A stretch of 64,000 bases of DNA from an uncultured Chloroflexia bacterium (lineage in GTDB: Bacteria; Chloroflexota; Limnocylindria; Limnocylindrales; CSP1-4). This document shows positions 18,440 through 27,477 of the stretch, piece by piece; positions within the stretch are counted from its first letter, which is position 1; each line of letters starts with the position of its first letter. The position numbers and the translations under genes are program-made. Location of the stretch: NCBI GenBank assembly GCA_963819655.1, contig CAWFXA010000003.1:320001-384000 (forward strand), written 5' to 3'. The notes beneath the pieces are model-generated. The model was not told the origin of the DNA. It ran no database searches and saw only the letters and a program-made list of their open reading frames with translations.

Positions 18440-20284
18440 TCAGACCCCGACGCGCTGGTGCCGCTTATTGGCCGCCCAGTCGTCACGGGCCTTGCGGACA
18501 GCCGCCCGCTCGCTGACCTCGGGCACGCCGACCTCCCACCAGGCACCGCCCTCCGTCCAGGTGTACTGGTCGATGGGGACCACGATCACATAGCTCCGAT
18601 CGGCCGCCTTGGCACGCGCAAACGCCGCCGGAAGGTCGTCGACGCCCTCGACACGCTCGGCGATCGCGCCCATCGCCTCGGCGTGCTTCACGAAGTCGAC
18701 CTGGACGTAGCGCTCGTGGCGCGAGGAGGACAGCAGGTTGTTGAACTCCGCGCCGCCGGTGTTGACCTGCAAGCGGTTGATGACCGCGTAACCGCCGTTG
18801 TCGCAGACCATGAAGATGACCTTCTGCCCGGTCATCACCGTCGAATAGATGTCCGAGTTCATCATCAGGTACGAGCCGTCGCCGACCCACGCGATGACGT
18901 CGCCCGTCGGGCGGGCGATCCGCGCGCCCCACGCGCCGGCGATCTCGTAGCCCATCGTCGAATAGCCGTACTCGGAGTCGAACGAGCCCACCGACTTCGA
19001 GCGCCAGCCCATCGTCAGCTCACCGGGCAGCCCGCCCGCCGCCGACAGGACGTAGTCCTCCGGGTCGGCGACCGCGTTGATCGCCTGGATGACCTCCGCG
19101 TACGCAGGCGGCCCGTCGTGTCGTCGGCCGGACCATGAATCGAGATAGGCGTGCCACTCCGCGATCTGCTCGTCGGCCATCGCCAGCCACTCCGGTGGTG
19201 CTGCGTACGTGCCAAGGATGGCGTCGATCGCCTCGAGCGAGACCTTCGCGTCGCCGACGACCGGCTGGGCGCCCTGCTTGTGCGCGTCCCACGACGCCGT
19301 GTTGACGGCCACGAACCGGACGTCCGGATCCCTGAACACCGACCATGACCCGGTCGTGAAGTCCTGGAGCCGCGTTCCGACGGCGATGACGACGTCGGCC
19401 TTCTCGGCGACCGCGTTGGCTGCGCGCGAGCCCGTCACCCCGATCGGGCCGGCGTAGTTCGGATGGTCGTGCGTGAGGGTCGACTTCCCGGCGACCGTCT
19501 CCACGACCGGGATCGCATGGCGTTCCGCGAAGGTGCGCAGCGTGTCGACCGCGCCCGAGTAGTGCACCCCGCCGCCCGCGATGATCAGTGGCCGTTGCGC
19601 GCGCCCGATCGCGGCCGCCGCAGCCTCAACGTCACGCGGATCCGGACCCGGCCGCCGGATGTAGTGGATCCTCGGCTCGAAGAACCGCTCCGGGAAGTCG
19701 TACGCCTCGGCCTGGACGTCCTGCGGGAGGGCGAAGAACGCCGGCCCGCGCGTCGCCGGATCGAGCATCACCGCCAGGGCCTGCGGCAGCGAGCGGACGA
19801 TCTGGGCGGGCTTCGTGATCCGGTCCCAGTAGCGGCTGACCGGCTTGAACGCGTCGGTCACGGTGATCGTCGGGTCACCGAAGTCTTCCACCTGCTGGAG
19901 CACGGGATCGACGATCCGATGCTGGAAGGTGTCGCCGGACAGGAGCAGGACCGGCAACCGGTTCGCATGCGCGACGGCCGCGGCAGTCACCATATTCGTC
20001 GAGCCCGGTCCGATCGACGAGGTCGCGATCATGATCCGCCGCCCGCGCATCGCCTTCGCGTAGGCCACGGCGGCGAGAGCCATCGACTGCTCGTTGTGGC
20101 CGCGGTAGGTCGGGAGCTCGGCCTGGACCGGCTCGAGCGCCTCGCCCAACGACGTCACGTTGCCGTGCCCGAAGATCGCGAACACGCCGGCGAAGAGCGG
20201 GACCTCCTCGCCGTCGATCCGCGTTCGCTGTGCGAGAAGCCAGCGGACGATCGCCTGGGCGGTGGTGAGTCGGATCGTCTTCAT
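18440..20284 (-). CDS. iolD: 3D-(3,5/4)-trihydroxycyclohexane-1,2-dione acylhydrolase
   Basis: MKTIRLTTAQA, IFGHGNV, HNEQSMA, EYGYSTMGYEIAG, GDGSYLM, WWEVGVPEVS. Confidence 0.93.
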   Translation of the reverse strand: MKTIRLTTAQAIVRWLLAQRTRIDGEEVPLFAGVFAIFGHGNVTSLGEALEPVQAELPTYRGHNEQSMALAAVAYAKAMRGRRIMIATSSIGPGSTNMVTAAAVAHANRLPVLLLSGDTFQHRIVDPVLQQVEDFGDPTITVTDAFKPVSRYWDRITKPAQIVRSLPQALAVMLDPATRGPAFFALPQDVQAEAYDFPERFFEPRIHYIRRPGPDPRDVEAAAAAIGRAQRPLIIAGGGVHYSGAVDTLRTFAERHAIPVVETVAGKSTLTHDHPNYAGPIGVTGSRAANAVAEKADVVIAVGTRLQDFTTGSWSVFRDPDVRFVAVNTASWDAHKQGAQPVVGDAKVSLEAIDAILGTYAAPPEWLAMADEQIAEWHAYLDSWSGRRHDGPPAYAEVIQAINAVADPEDYVLSAAGGLPGELTMGWRSKSVGSFDSEYGYSTMGYEIAGAWGARIARPTGDVIAWVGDGSYLMMNSDIYSTVMTGQKVIFMVCDNGGYAVINRLQVNTGGAEFNNLLSSSRHERYVQVDFVKHAEAMGAIAERVEGVDDLPAAFARAKAADRSYVIVVPIDQYTWTEGGAWWEVGVPEVSERAAVRKARDDWAANKRHQRVGV

Positions 20285-21051
20285 GGCTTCCATCCTCGAA
20301 CGTTCGCAAGGTGCGCCTTCATCCCGTCCCGCAGGAACGGCTCCAGCGACGTCGTGAAATAGCGCGCCCCGCGGTCCAACCATTCGTGGGTCATGTCCGT
20401 CGTCGCCGCGTAGATCCCCAGGATCTTGTCCGATCCGACGACCGCCTCGGCGACGCGCTCGAGCGCGGCCAGGACGTCGGGATGGCGCAGGTCGCCCGGG
20501 TGACCGAGCGATTGCGACAGGTCGGTCGGTCCGAGGAACAGCACATCGATACCATCGATCGCCAGATAGTCGTCGATGGCGTCGACCGCGTCCTGCGTCT
20601 CGATCTGGATCACGACGAGTGTCTCGCGGTTCGCCCGCTCGACATACGCGCTGAGAGGCTCGCGCAGACCCCATTCGGACGCCCGGCTGCCGGCCAGCCC
20701 GCGGATGCCCCGCGGCGAGTACTTCACCGCCCGCACCGCCCGCTCCGCCTCGGCGGCGCTGTTCACCCACGGGATGTGCGCGCCGTGGGCGCCGGTATCG
20801 AGGTAGCGCAGGATCGTGGGCGGATCGTTCGTCGTCACCCGCACCATCGGTGTCACGCCGCGCGGCTCGATGGCTCGGCAGAGTTCCTCGACCTGGCCAG
20901 GCTGGAGCGTGCCGTGCTCGGCGTCGAAGACCAGGAAGTCCCAGCCGAGCAGCGCGACGTACTCGATGAGCGACGGCTCGGCCGTGCGGACGAAAGCCCC
21001 GAACGCCGGCTCCCCGGCGGCCAGCTTCGCCTTCGTCGCGTTCTGCAGCAT
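20281..21051 (-). CDS. HpcH/HpaI family class II pyruvate aldolase
   Basis: FDAEHG, QIET, LFLGPTDLS. Confidence 0.88.
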   Translation of the reverse strand: MLQNATKAKLAAGEPAFGAFVRTAEPSLIEYVALLGWDFLVFDAEHGTLQPGQVEELCRAIEPRGVTPMVRVTTNDPPTILRYLDTGAHGAHIPWVNSAAEAERAVRAVKYSPRGIRGLAGSRASEWGLREPLSAYVERANRETLVVIQIETQDAVDAIDDYLAIDGIDVLFLGPTDLSQSLGHPGDLRHPDVLAALERVAEAVVGSDKILGIYAATTDMTHEWLDRGARYFTTSLEPFLRDGMKAHLANVRGWKP

Positions 21052-21063
21052 GACGGCCCTCGC

Positions 21064-22236
21064 TCAGTCGATCCGGAGGCTGACGACATCCTCCCACCGC
21101 TCGGATGACCACGAGCGGAACATCGCCGCGGCGACCGATGCGTTCGCCAGCGCGTCGGTGAAGCTCGGACTGTGGGGCCGCCCCGCGGCGACGGACTTCA
21201 GGAACGCCAGCGCTTCGATCAGCTTGAGATCCTCGAACCCGAGCGAGTTCCCGCCCCCGGGCACGATGTTCCCCTGGTTCGGGAAGGCGTCGCCCGCGAG
21301 GACGTCGATGAAGCCGTCGTTGGGCTGCTCTTCGGGAAGGTACAGGCGCAGCCGGTTGAGGCTCTCGTGATCCCACGACGCGGCCCCCTTCGAGCCGTTG
21401 AGTTCGAACGCCATCGAGCTCTGCGGCCCGACGATCGAGCGATCGGTCTCGAGCGTGCCGCGCGTGCCGTTCTCGAACTGGACGAGTGCCCCGACGTAAT
21501 CCTCGTTGGTCACCGCGCCCATGGGGTCGTCGGGCTTGCCGCGGTCGTAGTGCGTGCCGCTGCCCGGGACCGGCAGGGGCCGATGCTTGATGAAGGTCTC
21601 CTTGACGGCGACGACCCGGGTGATCGGTCCGCACATGAACTGGGCCATGTCGATGGCGTGGGACATCAGGTCGCTCAGGACGCCGAAGCCGGCCTCTTCC
21701 TGCAGGAAGCGCCAGGACAGCAGGCCGAGTCGGTCGCGCCCGTACATCGAGAAGAACCGACCACGGTAATGCGTCAGCTCGCCGAGACGTCCGTCCGCGA
21801 TGAGCTGGCGGGTGTACTGGACGAGCGGGGCCCAGCGGTAGTTGTAGCCACAGCCCGTGATCACGCCGGCGCGCCGACCAGCGAGCTCGATGGCCGCCGT
21901 CGCCTCCGGATCGATCCCGATGGGCTTCTCGCAGGAGATGTGCTTGCCGGCGGATGCCGCGGCCTCGGCGATCTGGCGATGGAGGGCGTTCGGTGCGGTG
22001 ATGTCCACGACATCGACGTCGTCGCGCGCGATGAGCTCGCGCCAGTCGAGCGTGCCGGTGGCGAACCCGAAGTTGTCGCGCGCGAGGTCGAGCCGCTCGG
22101 GGACGTTGTCCGCCACAGCGGCCAGGCGTGGCCGGATACCGGTCTCGGGGAAGTAGACCGGGATGTCGCGGTAGGCGCGCGAGTGCGCCTGACCCATCCA
22201 GCCGAAACCGACGACACCGATCCCGATCTCCGTCAC
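21064..22236 (-). CDS. Gfo/Idh/MocA oxidoreductase (inositol dehydrogenase-like)
   Basis: GFGWMG, CEKP, DLMSHAID. Confidence 0.9.
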   Translation of the reverse strand: MTEIGIGVVGFGWMGQAHSRAYRDIPVYFPETGIRPRLAAVADNVPERLDLARDNFGFATGTLDWRELIARDDVDVVDITAPNALHRQIAEAAASAGKHISCEKPIGIDPEATAAIELAGRRAGVITGCGYNYRWAPLVQYTRQLIADGRLGELTHYRGRFFSMYGRDRLGLLSWRFLQEEAGFGVLSDLMSHAIDMAQFMCGPITRVVAVKETFIKHRPLPVPGSGTHYDRGKPDDPMGAVTNEDYVGALVQFENGTRGTLETDRSIVGPQSSMAFELNGSKGAASWDHESLNRLRLYLPEEQPNDGFIDVLAGDAFPNQGNIVPGGGNSLGFEDLKLIEALAFLKSVAAGRPHSPSFTDALANASVAAAMFRSWSSERWEDVVSLRID

Positions 22237-23235
22237 TTGCCCACTCCTGCGTATGGCGCCGAGGCGGCGCGCCCCCAGACCTCCGGGTTGACGAGGTGTT
22301 CCGGTCGACGGCCCTCGGCGACATCGATCGCCTGCTGGAACGCAGCCCGGAAGATGCGCGCCTTGCCATCCGCCGTCGCCGACGCGACGTGTGGCGTGAC
22401 CACGACGTCGTCACGCCCGAGGAGCGGGTGCCCCACCGGCAAGGGCTCCGGCGACGTGACATCGAGTCCGGCTCCGAACAGGCGCCCGCTCTCGAGCGCG
22501 TCGAGCAGGGCGTCCTGGTCGACCAGTCCGCCCCGGGCCGTGTTGACGAAGACGGCCCCGGGCTTCATCGACCCGAACTCGCGGGCGCCGAACATGCCGA
22601 CCGAGGTCGCGCTCAACGGCACGTGGACCGACACGACGTCCGCACGCTCCAGGAGCTCCTCCAGCGTGTCCACGCGCTCCGTCCCAGCCGGGATCGCCGA
22701 CGCGTCGAGATACGGATCGAACACGGTCACCCGCATCCCGAGGCCGGCGGCGATCCGCGCCACGTGCCGGGCGATCCGGCCGAACCCGACGAGACCGAGC
22801 ACCTTGCCGTCGAGCTCGATCCCCTCGTGTCGGCTGTAGTAGCCCCTGGACAGGCCGGTCTCGTAGCGCCGACTCGGCGCGCCGGACGTTCTTGGCGACG
22901 CTCAGCATCAGCGTCACCGCGTGTTCAGCGGTCGAGACCGTGGGTCCGTCAGGGGCATTGCAGACCGCGATCCCGCGGCTGGTCGCTGCCTCGACATCGA
23001 TGGCGTCGACGCCGATCCCGGTCCTCGAGATGACCCTCAGGTTCGGTGCCCGATCCATGAACGCGGCGCCGTACTGCGCCGCCCCGACCACCGCGGCGAC
23101 AGCGGTGTCGACGCCAGCGTGCGGATCGTCCTCGGTCGCCGGGCCCAGGAGCGTGCAGGCGGCCGCGACCGCGGCGGCGAGCTCGGGGAGCACCGGTCGC
23201 TCGAACCAGATCGGCGGCAGCTCGGAGGGTGTCAC
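22233..23235 (-). pseudogene. D-isomer-specific 2-hydroxyacid dehydrogenase (SerA-like), +1 frameshift near 22845-22860 (possibly sequencing error)
   Basis: RTGIGVDAID...TAEHAV in one frame; ELDGKVLGLVGFGRIA, NTARG, TPHVA in the next; GTGA overlap start. Confidence 0.8.
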
Positions 23236-24171
23236 GCCGGTCTCGTCGCCGGGCTGCCCGCGAACCGCGGCTCCGGCAGCCCGCTGACGCCGGCGTCGAT
23301 GGCGAAGAGCCCGCCGGCTTCCGGCTGCGCCGGGTCGATCAGCGTGGGACCCACCCCCGCCGATCGAGGTGATGAACAGCGTCGACAGGTCGGGGCCGCC
23401 GAAAGCCGGCATCGTCGGCTTCTCGACGGGGACGGCGATGCGCCGATCGATGACGCCCCCGGGCGTGACCCGGAGGACCGCCCAGCCGTACACACACGCG
23501 ATCCAATAGCAGCCACCCTCGTCGACGCACGCGCCGTCGGGCCTGCCCGGGAGGGACGCGAAGTCGAGGTAGACCCGCTCTCTGGTGGCATCGCCGGTCG
23601 AGACGTCGTAGTCGTACGCCCAGACGGTGTCGCGATGGGTATCCGCGAAGTACATCGTCCGCCCGTCCGGTGCGAAGGCCAGACCGTTCGTCACGCCGAT
23701 GCCGCTCCTGACCGTGACCGCCGTGCCGTCCGCCTCGACCCGGTGGAGCAGGCCGGTCGCCGGCCGGGTGCCGTCGCCAGAGGCGACGGCGGGGTCCGCC
23801 ATCGACCCGACCCAGAACCGCCCGGCCGGGTCGCAGCGCCCGTCGTTGAGGCGATTCCGCAGATCCACGGCTTCGAGGACCACCCACTCGGACCAGGCGC
23901 CGGACGACCAGTCGAGGAATGCCAGGCGGCCCTCGATGGCCACGAGCAGGCGTTCCGGCGTGTCCGTGAGGGCCAGCGACGCGGGCCGACCCGGTGCCGA
24001 TCGCTGCTCATCCAGGCCGGTCGCTGGGTCGAAGCGATGGACCGCTCGCCCATCGATATCCACCCAGTAGAGACGGGCCTCGGCCGGACTCCACGTCGGG
24101 CATTCGCCCAGCTGGGCACGGGCGGGCAGAACGCATGTCGCCGTTCGGTCATCCACGCGGGGATGGCTCAC
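23232..24171 (-). pseudogene. SMP-30/gluconolactonase family protein, +1 frameshift near 23340-23360 (possibly sequencing error)
   Basis: LGECPTW, RLNDGRCD, NGLAF, PDGACVD; conserved tail PEAGGLFAIDAGVSGLPEPRF lies in the next frame. Confidence 0.82.
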
Positions 24172-25061
24172 GCGCCACGGCCGGTCAGGCCGCGCAGGAA
24201 CGCGACGCTCTCGACGGCGTCCGCCTTCGGCCCACTGCCTTCGGCCGGCTCTTCACGAAGGGAGACGTCCTGCTCGAGCACGTACCAGCCGCGGTAACCG
24301 TCGTCCTCGAGGAACTCGATCACGCCGGCGATGTCGACGCCGCCTTGGCCCAGCGGGACGAACAACCCATCGATGACCGACTGGCGGAAAGGGATTTCGC
24401 CCGACCGGACCCGCTCGGCGCCCGCCGCGTCGACGTCCTTGAGGTGGACGTGGAGGACGCGCCCGCGAGCGGCGCGCACGACATCGACCGGGTCCGCGCC
24501 GCCGAGGTAGACGTGGCCGGTGTCGACGCACAGCCCGACGTCGGACGACCCGAGCAATCGGTCGATATCCGGCCCGGTCGCGATGGCCAGGCCCCAATGG
24601 GGATGCAGCGCGGTCTTCAAGCCGGCATCGGTGACGAGCGAGTCGAGGCGCTGGAGATTGGCCAGGAACGTCGTCCACTCGTCGTCGCTCATGTCCACCG
24701 GTGTGTCGTAGCCGGGGTGCTGCGACGAGGGGCCAAGAACGAGCACCTCTGAACCAGTCGAGGCCAACTGCCGAGCCGCACGCGTCACGTACTCGAGCTC
24801 CGCCTCGATCCGGTCCGGGCGGTAGAGGAGCGCCGGCACGAACCCGCCGACGATGCTCATGTCGAACCGGGAGAGGTACTCCCGAAGCTCGGCCGGATCG
24901 GTCGGCAGGTAGCCATCGGGCCCCAGCTCCGTCGCCGACAGGCCGGACTCGACCATCTCCCGCATGACCCGGTCGCGGTCCATCAGGTAGCCCCAGCCCG
25001 GGGAGCCGTCGACGCCCCATGTGATCGGTGCGCCCGCCACTCGTTCGAGGAGATCGCTCAC
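24168..25061 (-). CDS. iolE: Myo-inosose-2 dehydratase-like TIM barrel protein
   Basis: GAPITWGV, TELGPDGYL, LHPHWG, VDTGH, HVHLKD, VLEQD; GGAGG RBS. Confidence 0.75.
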   Translation of the reverse strand: MSDLLERVAGAPITWGVDGSPGWGYLMDRDRVMREMVESGLSATELGPDGYLPTDPAELREYLSRFDMSIVGGFVPALLYRPDRIEAELEYVTRAARQLASTGSEVLVLGPSSQHPGYDTPVDMSDDEWTTFLANLQRLDSLVTDAGLKTALHPHWGLAIATGPDIDRLLGSSDVGLCVDTGHVYLGGADPVDVVRAARGRVLHVHLKDVDAAGAERVRSGEIPFRQSVIDGLFVPLGQGGVDIAGVIEFLEDDGYRGWYVLEQDVSLREEPAEGSGPKADAVESVAFLRGLTGRGA

Positions 25062-25098
25062 GTGCTCACGACCCTCCGATGATGCCGCCGTTCCGGTG

Positions 25099-25146
25099 TT
25101 GACGGTCAGATTATCGTGCTGGTAGGGTGCTGTGCAATCGGTTGCA
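25099..25146. promoter_or_regulatory. Divergent promoter region with LacI-family operator
   Basis: Plus TTGACG(25099)-18-TAGGGT(25123); near-perfect palindrome TGCAATCGGTTGCA at 25133-25146. Confidence 0.75.
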
Positions 25147-25166
25147 TTGACGAAGGGAGAGCCGGC

Positions 25167-26408
25167 ATGCCCGGACCCGGCATCGAGCTGATCGGCGAAG
25201 AAGAGATCGCCGAGGTCATGCAGGTCCTCACCAGCCGTGCACTCAGCCGCTACGGCAACGCCGACGATCCGACATTCGGGGCGAAGGTCCGCAACGTCGA
25301 GAAGGAGATCGCCGCACTCGCCGGCGTCCGCTTCGCGCTGGGCCTCCACGGCGGTGGCTCGAGCGGGCTGTGGCTGTCGCTGATGGGCCTGGGCATCGGG
25401 CCGGGTGACGAAGTCATCGTGCCCGGCTTCACCTACGTCGCCTCGATCTCGGCGATCGTCTACGCTCGAGCGCTCCCGGTCCTCGCCGAGGTCGACGACT
25501 CGTTCAACCTCGACCCGGCCGACGTCGAGGCGCGGATCACCCCGCGCACCCGGGCGATCATCGTGGTCCACATGCTCGGCGCGCCGGCCAGGCTCGACGA
25601 GCTCAAGGACATCGCCGACCGCCACGGCATCGCGCTCATCGAGGACTGCGCCCAGGCGTTCGGGGCGAGCTATCAGGGCCAGGGCGTCGGCGGGATCGGC
25701 TTGGCCGGGGTGTACAGCTTCAACGAGTACAAGACGATCACCTGCGGCGATGGCGGGATGATCGTCACCGACGACGAGGACCTTTACAACCGGCTCTTCG
25801 CGATCCACGACCAGGGACATGCGCCGAACCGCCTCAGCTCGAAGTACGCGGAGCGCCCGTTCCTCGGCATGAACTTCCGGATGACCGAGCTGTCCGGCGC
25901 CGTTCTGCTCGCCCAGGTCAGGAAGCTCGACATGATCCGGTCGCATCTGCGGGAGAACAAGAAGATCGTGAAGGCGGCCATCGAGGACCTGCCCGGGCTC
26001 GGCTTCCGCGCGATCGTCGACCCGGAAGGCGATCTGGCGACGCATCTCGTCGTCACGTTCCCATCTGCGGAGGTTGCGAAAGCCGTGACGGCGGAGCTCG
26101 GTTCGATCCCGCTCGCCGCGTCCGGTTGGCACGTCTACTCGAACATGGAGCACCTCCTCGAGAAACGGACCGTCAGCGGGAAGGGCTGCCCGTTCGACTG
26201 CTCGTGCTTCGGCCACGGGAAGGCCGACTACCGGGCCGGCATGCTGCCGCAGACCGACGCGCTGCTCGCTCGCTCGATGAGCATCGGCATCGGCGTCTCC
26301 GACGCCAACCTGGCGCCGTTCGGCCTGCGGATGCGTGACGACGAGGCCGCCGCACGCAGCGTCGCGGCCCGCTTCCGCGAAGCGGCCGGCAAGCACCTGG
26401 CCGGCTGA
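25167..26408 (+). CDS. DegT/DnrJ/EryC1/StrS family PLP aminotransferase (paralog 2)
   Basis: EDCAQA, SFNEYKTITCGDGG; GGGAG RBS; colinear with 2249-3481. Confidence 0.9.
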   Translation: MPGPGIELIGEEEIAEVMQVLTSRALSRYGNADDPTFGAKVRNVEKEIAALAGVRFALGLHGGGSSGLWLSLMGLGIGPGDEVIVPGFTYVASISAIVYARALPVLAEVDDSFNLDPADVEARITPRTRAIIVVHMLGAPARLDELKDIADRHGIALIEDCAQAFGASYQGQGVGGIGLAGVYSFNEYKTITCGDGGMIVTDDEDLYNRLFAIHDQGHAPNRLSSKYAERPFLGMNFRMTELSGAVLLAQVRKLDMIRSHLRENKKIVKAAIEDLPGLGFRAIVDPEGDLATHLVVTFPSAEVAKAVTAELGSIPLAASGWHVYSNMEHLLEKRTVSGKGCPFDCSCFGHGKADYRAGMLPQTDALLARSMSIGIGVSDANLAPFGLRMRDDEAAARSVAARFREAAGKHLAG

Positions 26409-26416
26409 GTCAGGCC

Positions 26417-27475
26417 GTGGCGCCGCCGTCCGACATCGGCATCGGCATGGTCGGGTACGGACTGGCCGGACGACTGTTCCATGCGCCCTACATCGACGCC
26501 GTGGACGGGCTGCGCATCCGGGCGGTCGCGACCTCGAACCCGGATCGCCGTGCACAGGCGCTGACCGATCGCCCTGATGCCGACGTGGTCGACTCGGTCG
26601 ACGCACTCCTGGCGCACCCCGACGTCGAGGTCGTCGTCGTCGTGACGCCCAACCGGTCACACGCCCCGATCGGCGAGCAGGCGCTCGCCGCGGGTCACCA
26701 CGTCGTCGTCGACAAGCCGATCGCGATGAGCGTCCCGGAGGCGGAGGCACTGATCGAAGCCGGCGAGCGCGCGGGACGGATCCTGTCGGTCTACCAGAAC
26801 CGGCGTTGGGACGGCGATCTCCAGACCGTCAGGCCCCTGATCGAGAGTGGCGTCCTCGGCCCGATCGATAGCCTCGAGGCGCGTTTCGAGCGCTGGGCGG
26901 CGGTCGGCCCCGAATGGCGCGAGACGGCCGAGGAAGCGGGCGGCCCGCACCGCGACCTTGGCGCCCACCTCGTCGACCAGAGCCTGCTGCTGTTCGGGGA
27001 CGTGACCCGCGTCTTCGCCCAGATGGACAGCCGTCGTCCGCGGAGTCGGGTCGAGGATTCGGTGTTCATGGCGATGGACCACGCCAACGGCGTCCGGTCG
27101 CGTCTGTGGACCTCGCTGATAGCCGTCCGGCTCGGTCCACGGCTTCGGGTCCGAGGCCTGGCTGGCGAGTACATCAAGGAGGACCTCGACCCGCAGGAGC
27201 GCCAGCTCCTCGACGGGATGCGGCCCCTGGACCCGGGCTTCGGCGAGGAACCCGCGGAGCGGTGGGGGAGCGTCCTGGCCAGCGACGGTTCCCGGACGGT
27301 CATCCCCACGATGCGCGGGGATTACCGGGGCTACTACGAGGCGCTCCGCGACGCGGTCCGGGGAGTAGGGGCAGTGCCGGTCGATCCGGCCAATTCGGTC
27401 CGCGGCTTGCGCGTGCTCGAGGCCGCCGAGCGCTCCGCGCGGAGCGGCGCGGTCGAAGCGGTCTCGAACGGCTAG
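26417..27475 (+). CDS. Gfo/Idh/MocA oxidoreductase (IolW/YdgJ-like)
   Basis: GYGLAGRLFHAP, VDKP, YQNRRWDGD, DLGAHLVDQ. Confidence 0.88.
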   Translation: MAPPSDIGIGMVGYGLAGRLFHAPYIDAVDGLRIRAVATSNPDRRAQALTDRPDADVVDSVDALLAHPDVEVVVVVTPNRSHAPIGEQALAAGHHVVVDKPIAMSVPEAEALIEAGERAGRILSVYQNRRWDGDLQTVRPLIESGVLGPIDSLEARFERWAAVGPEWRETAEEAGGPHRDLGAHLVDQSLLLFGDVTRVFAQMDSRRPRSRVEDSVFMAMDHANGVRSRLWTSLIAVRLGPRLRVRGLAGEYIKEDLDPQERQLLDGMRPLDPGFGEEPAERWGSVLASDGSRTVIPTMRGDYRGYYEALRDAVRGVGAVPVDPANSVRGLRVLEAAERSARSGAVEAVSNG

Positions 27476-27477
27476 CC

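Noticed and set aside
18440-22462. 1340-aa extended IolD, and similar long extensions (7444-9567, 24168-26750, 27472-30984, 59771-62674)
   Set aside because: Stop-poor high-GC frames overlapping real genes; the extensions are Arg/Pro/Gly-rich non-coding translations
22411-24171. 586-aa lactonase-dehydrogenase fusion ORF
   Set aside because: Produced by two frameshifts; separate genes with a GTGA overlap at 23232-23235
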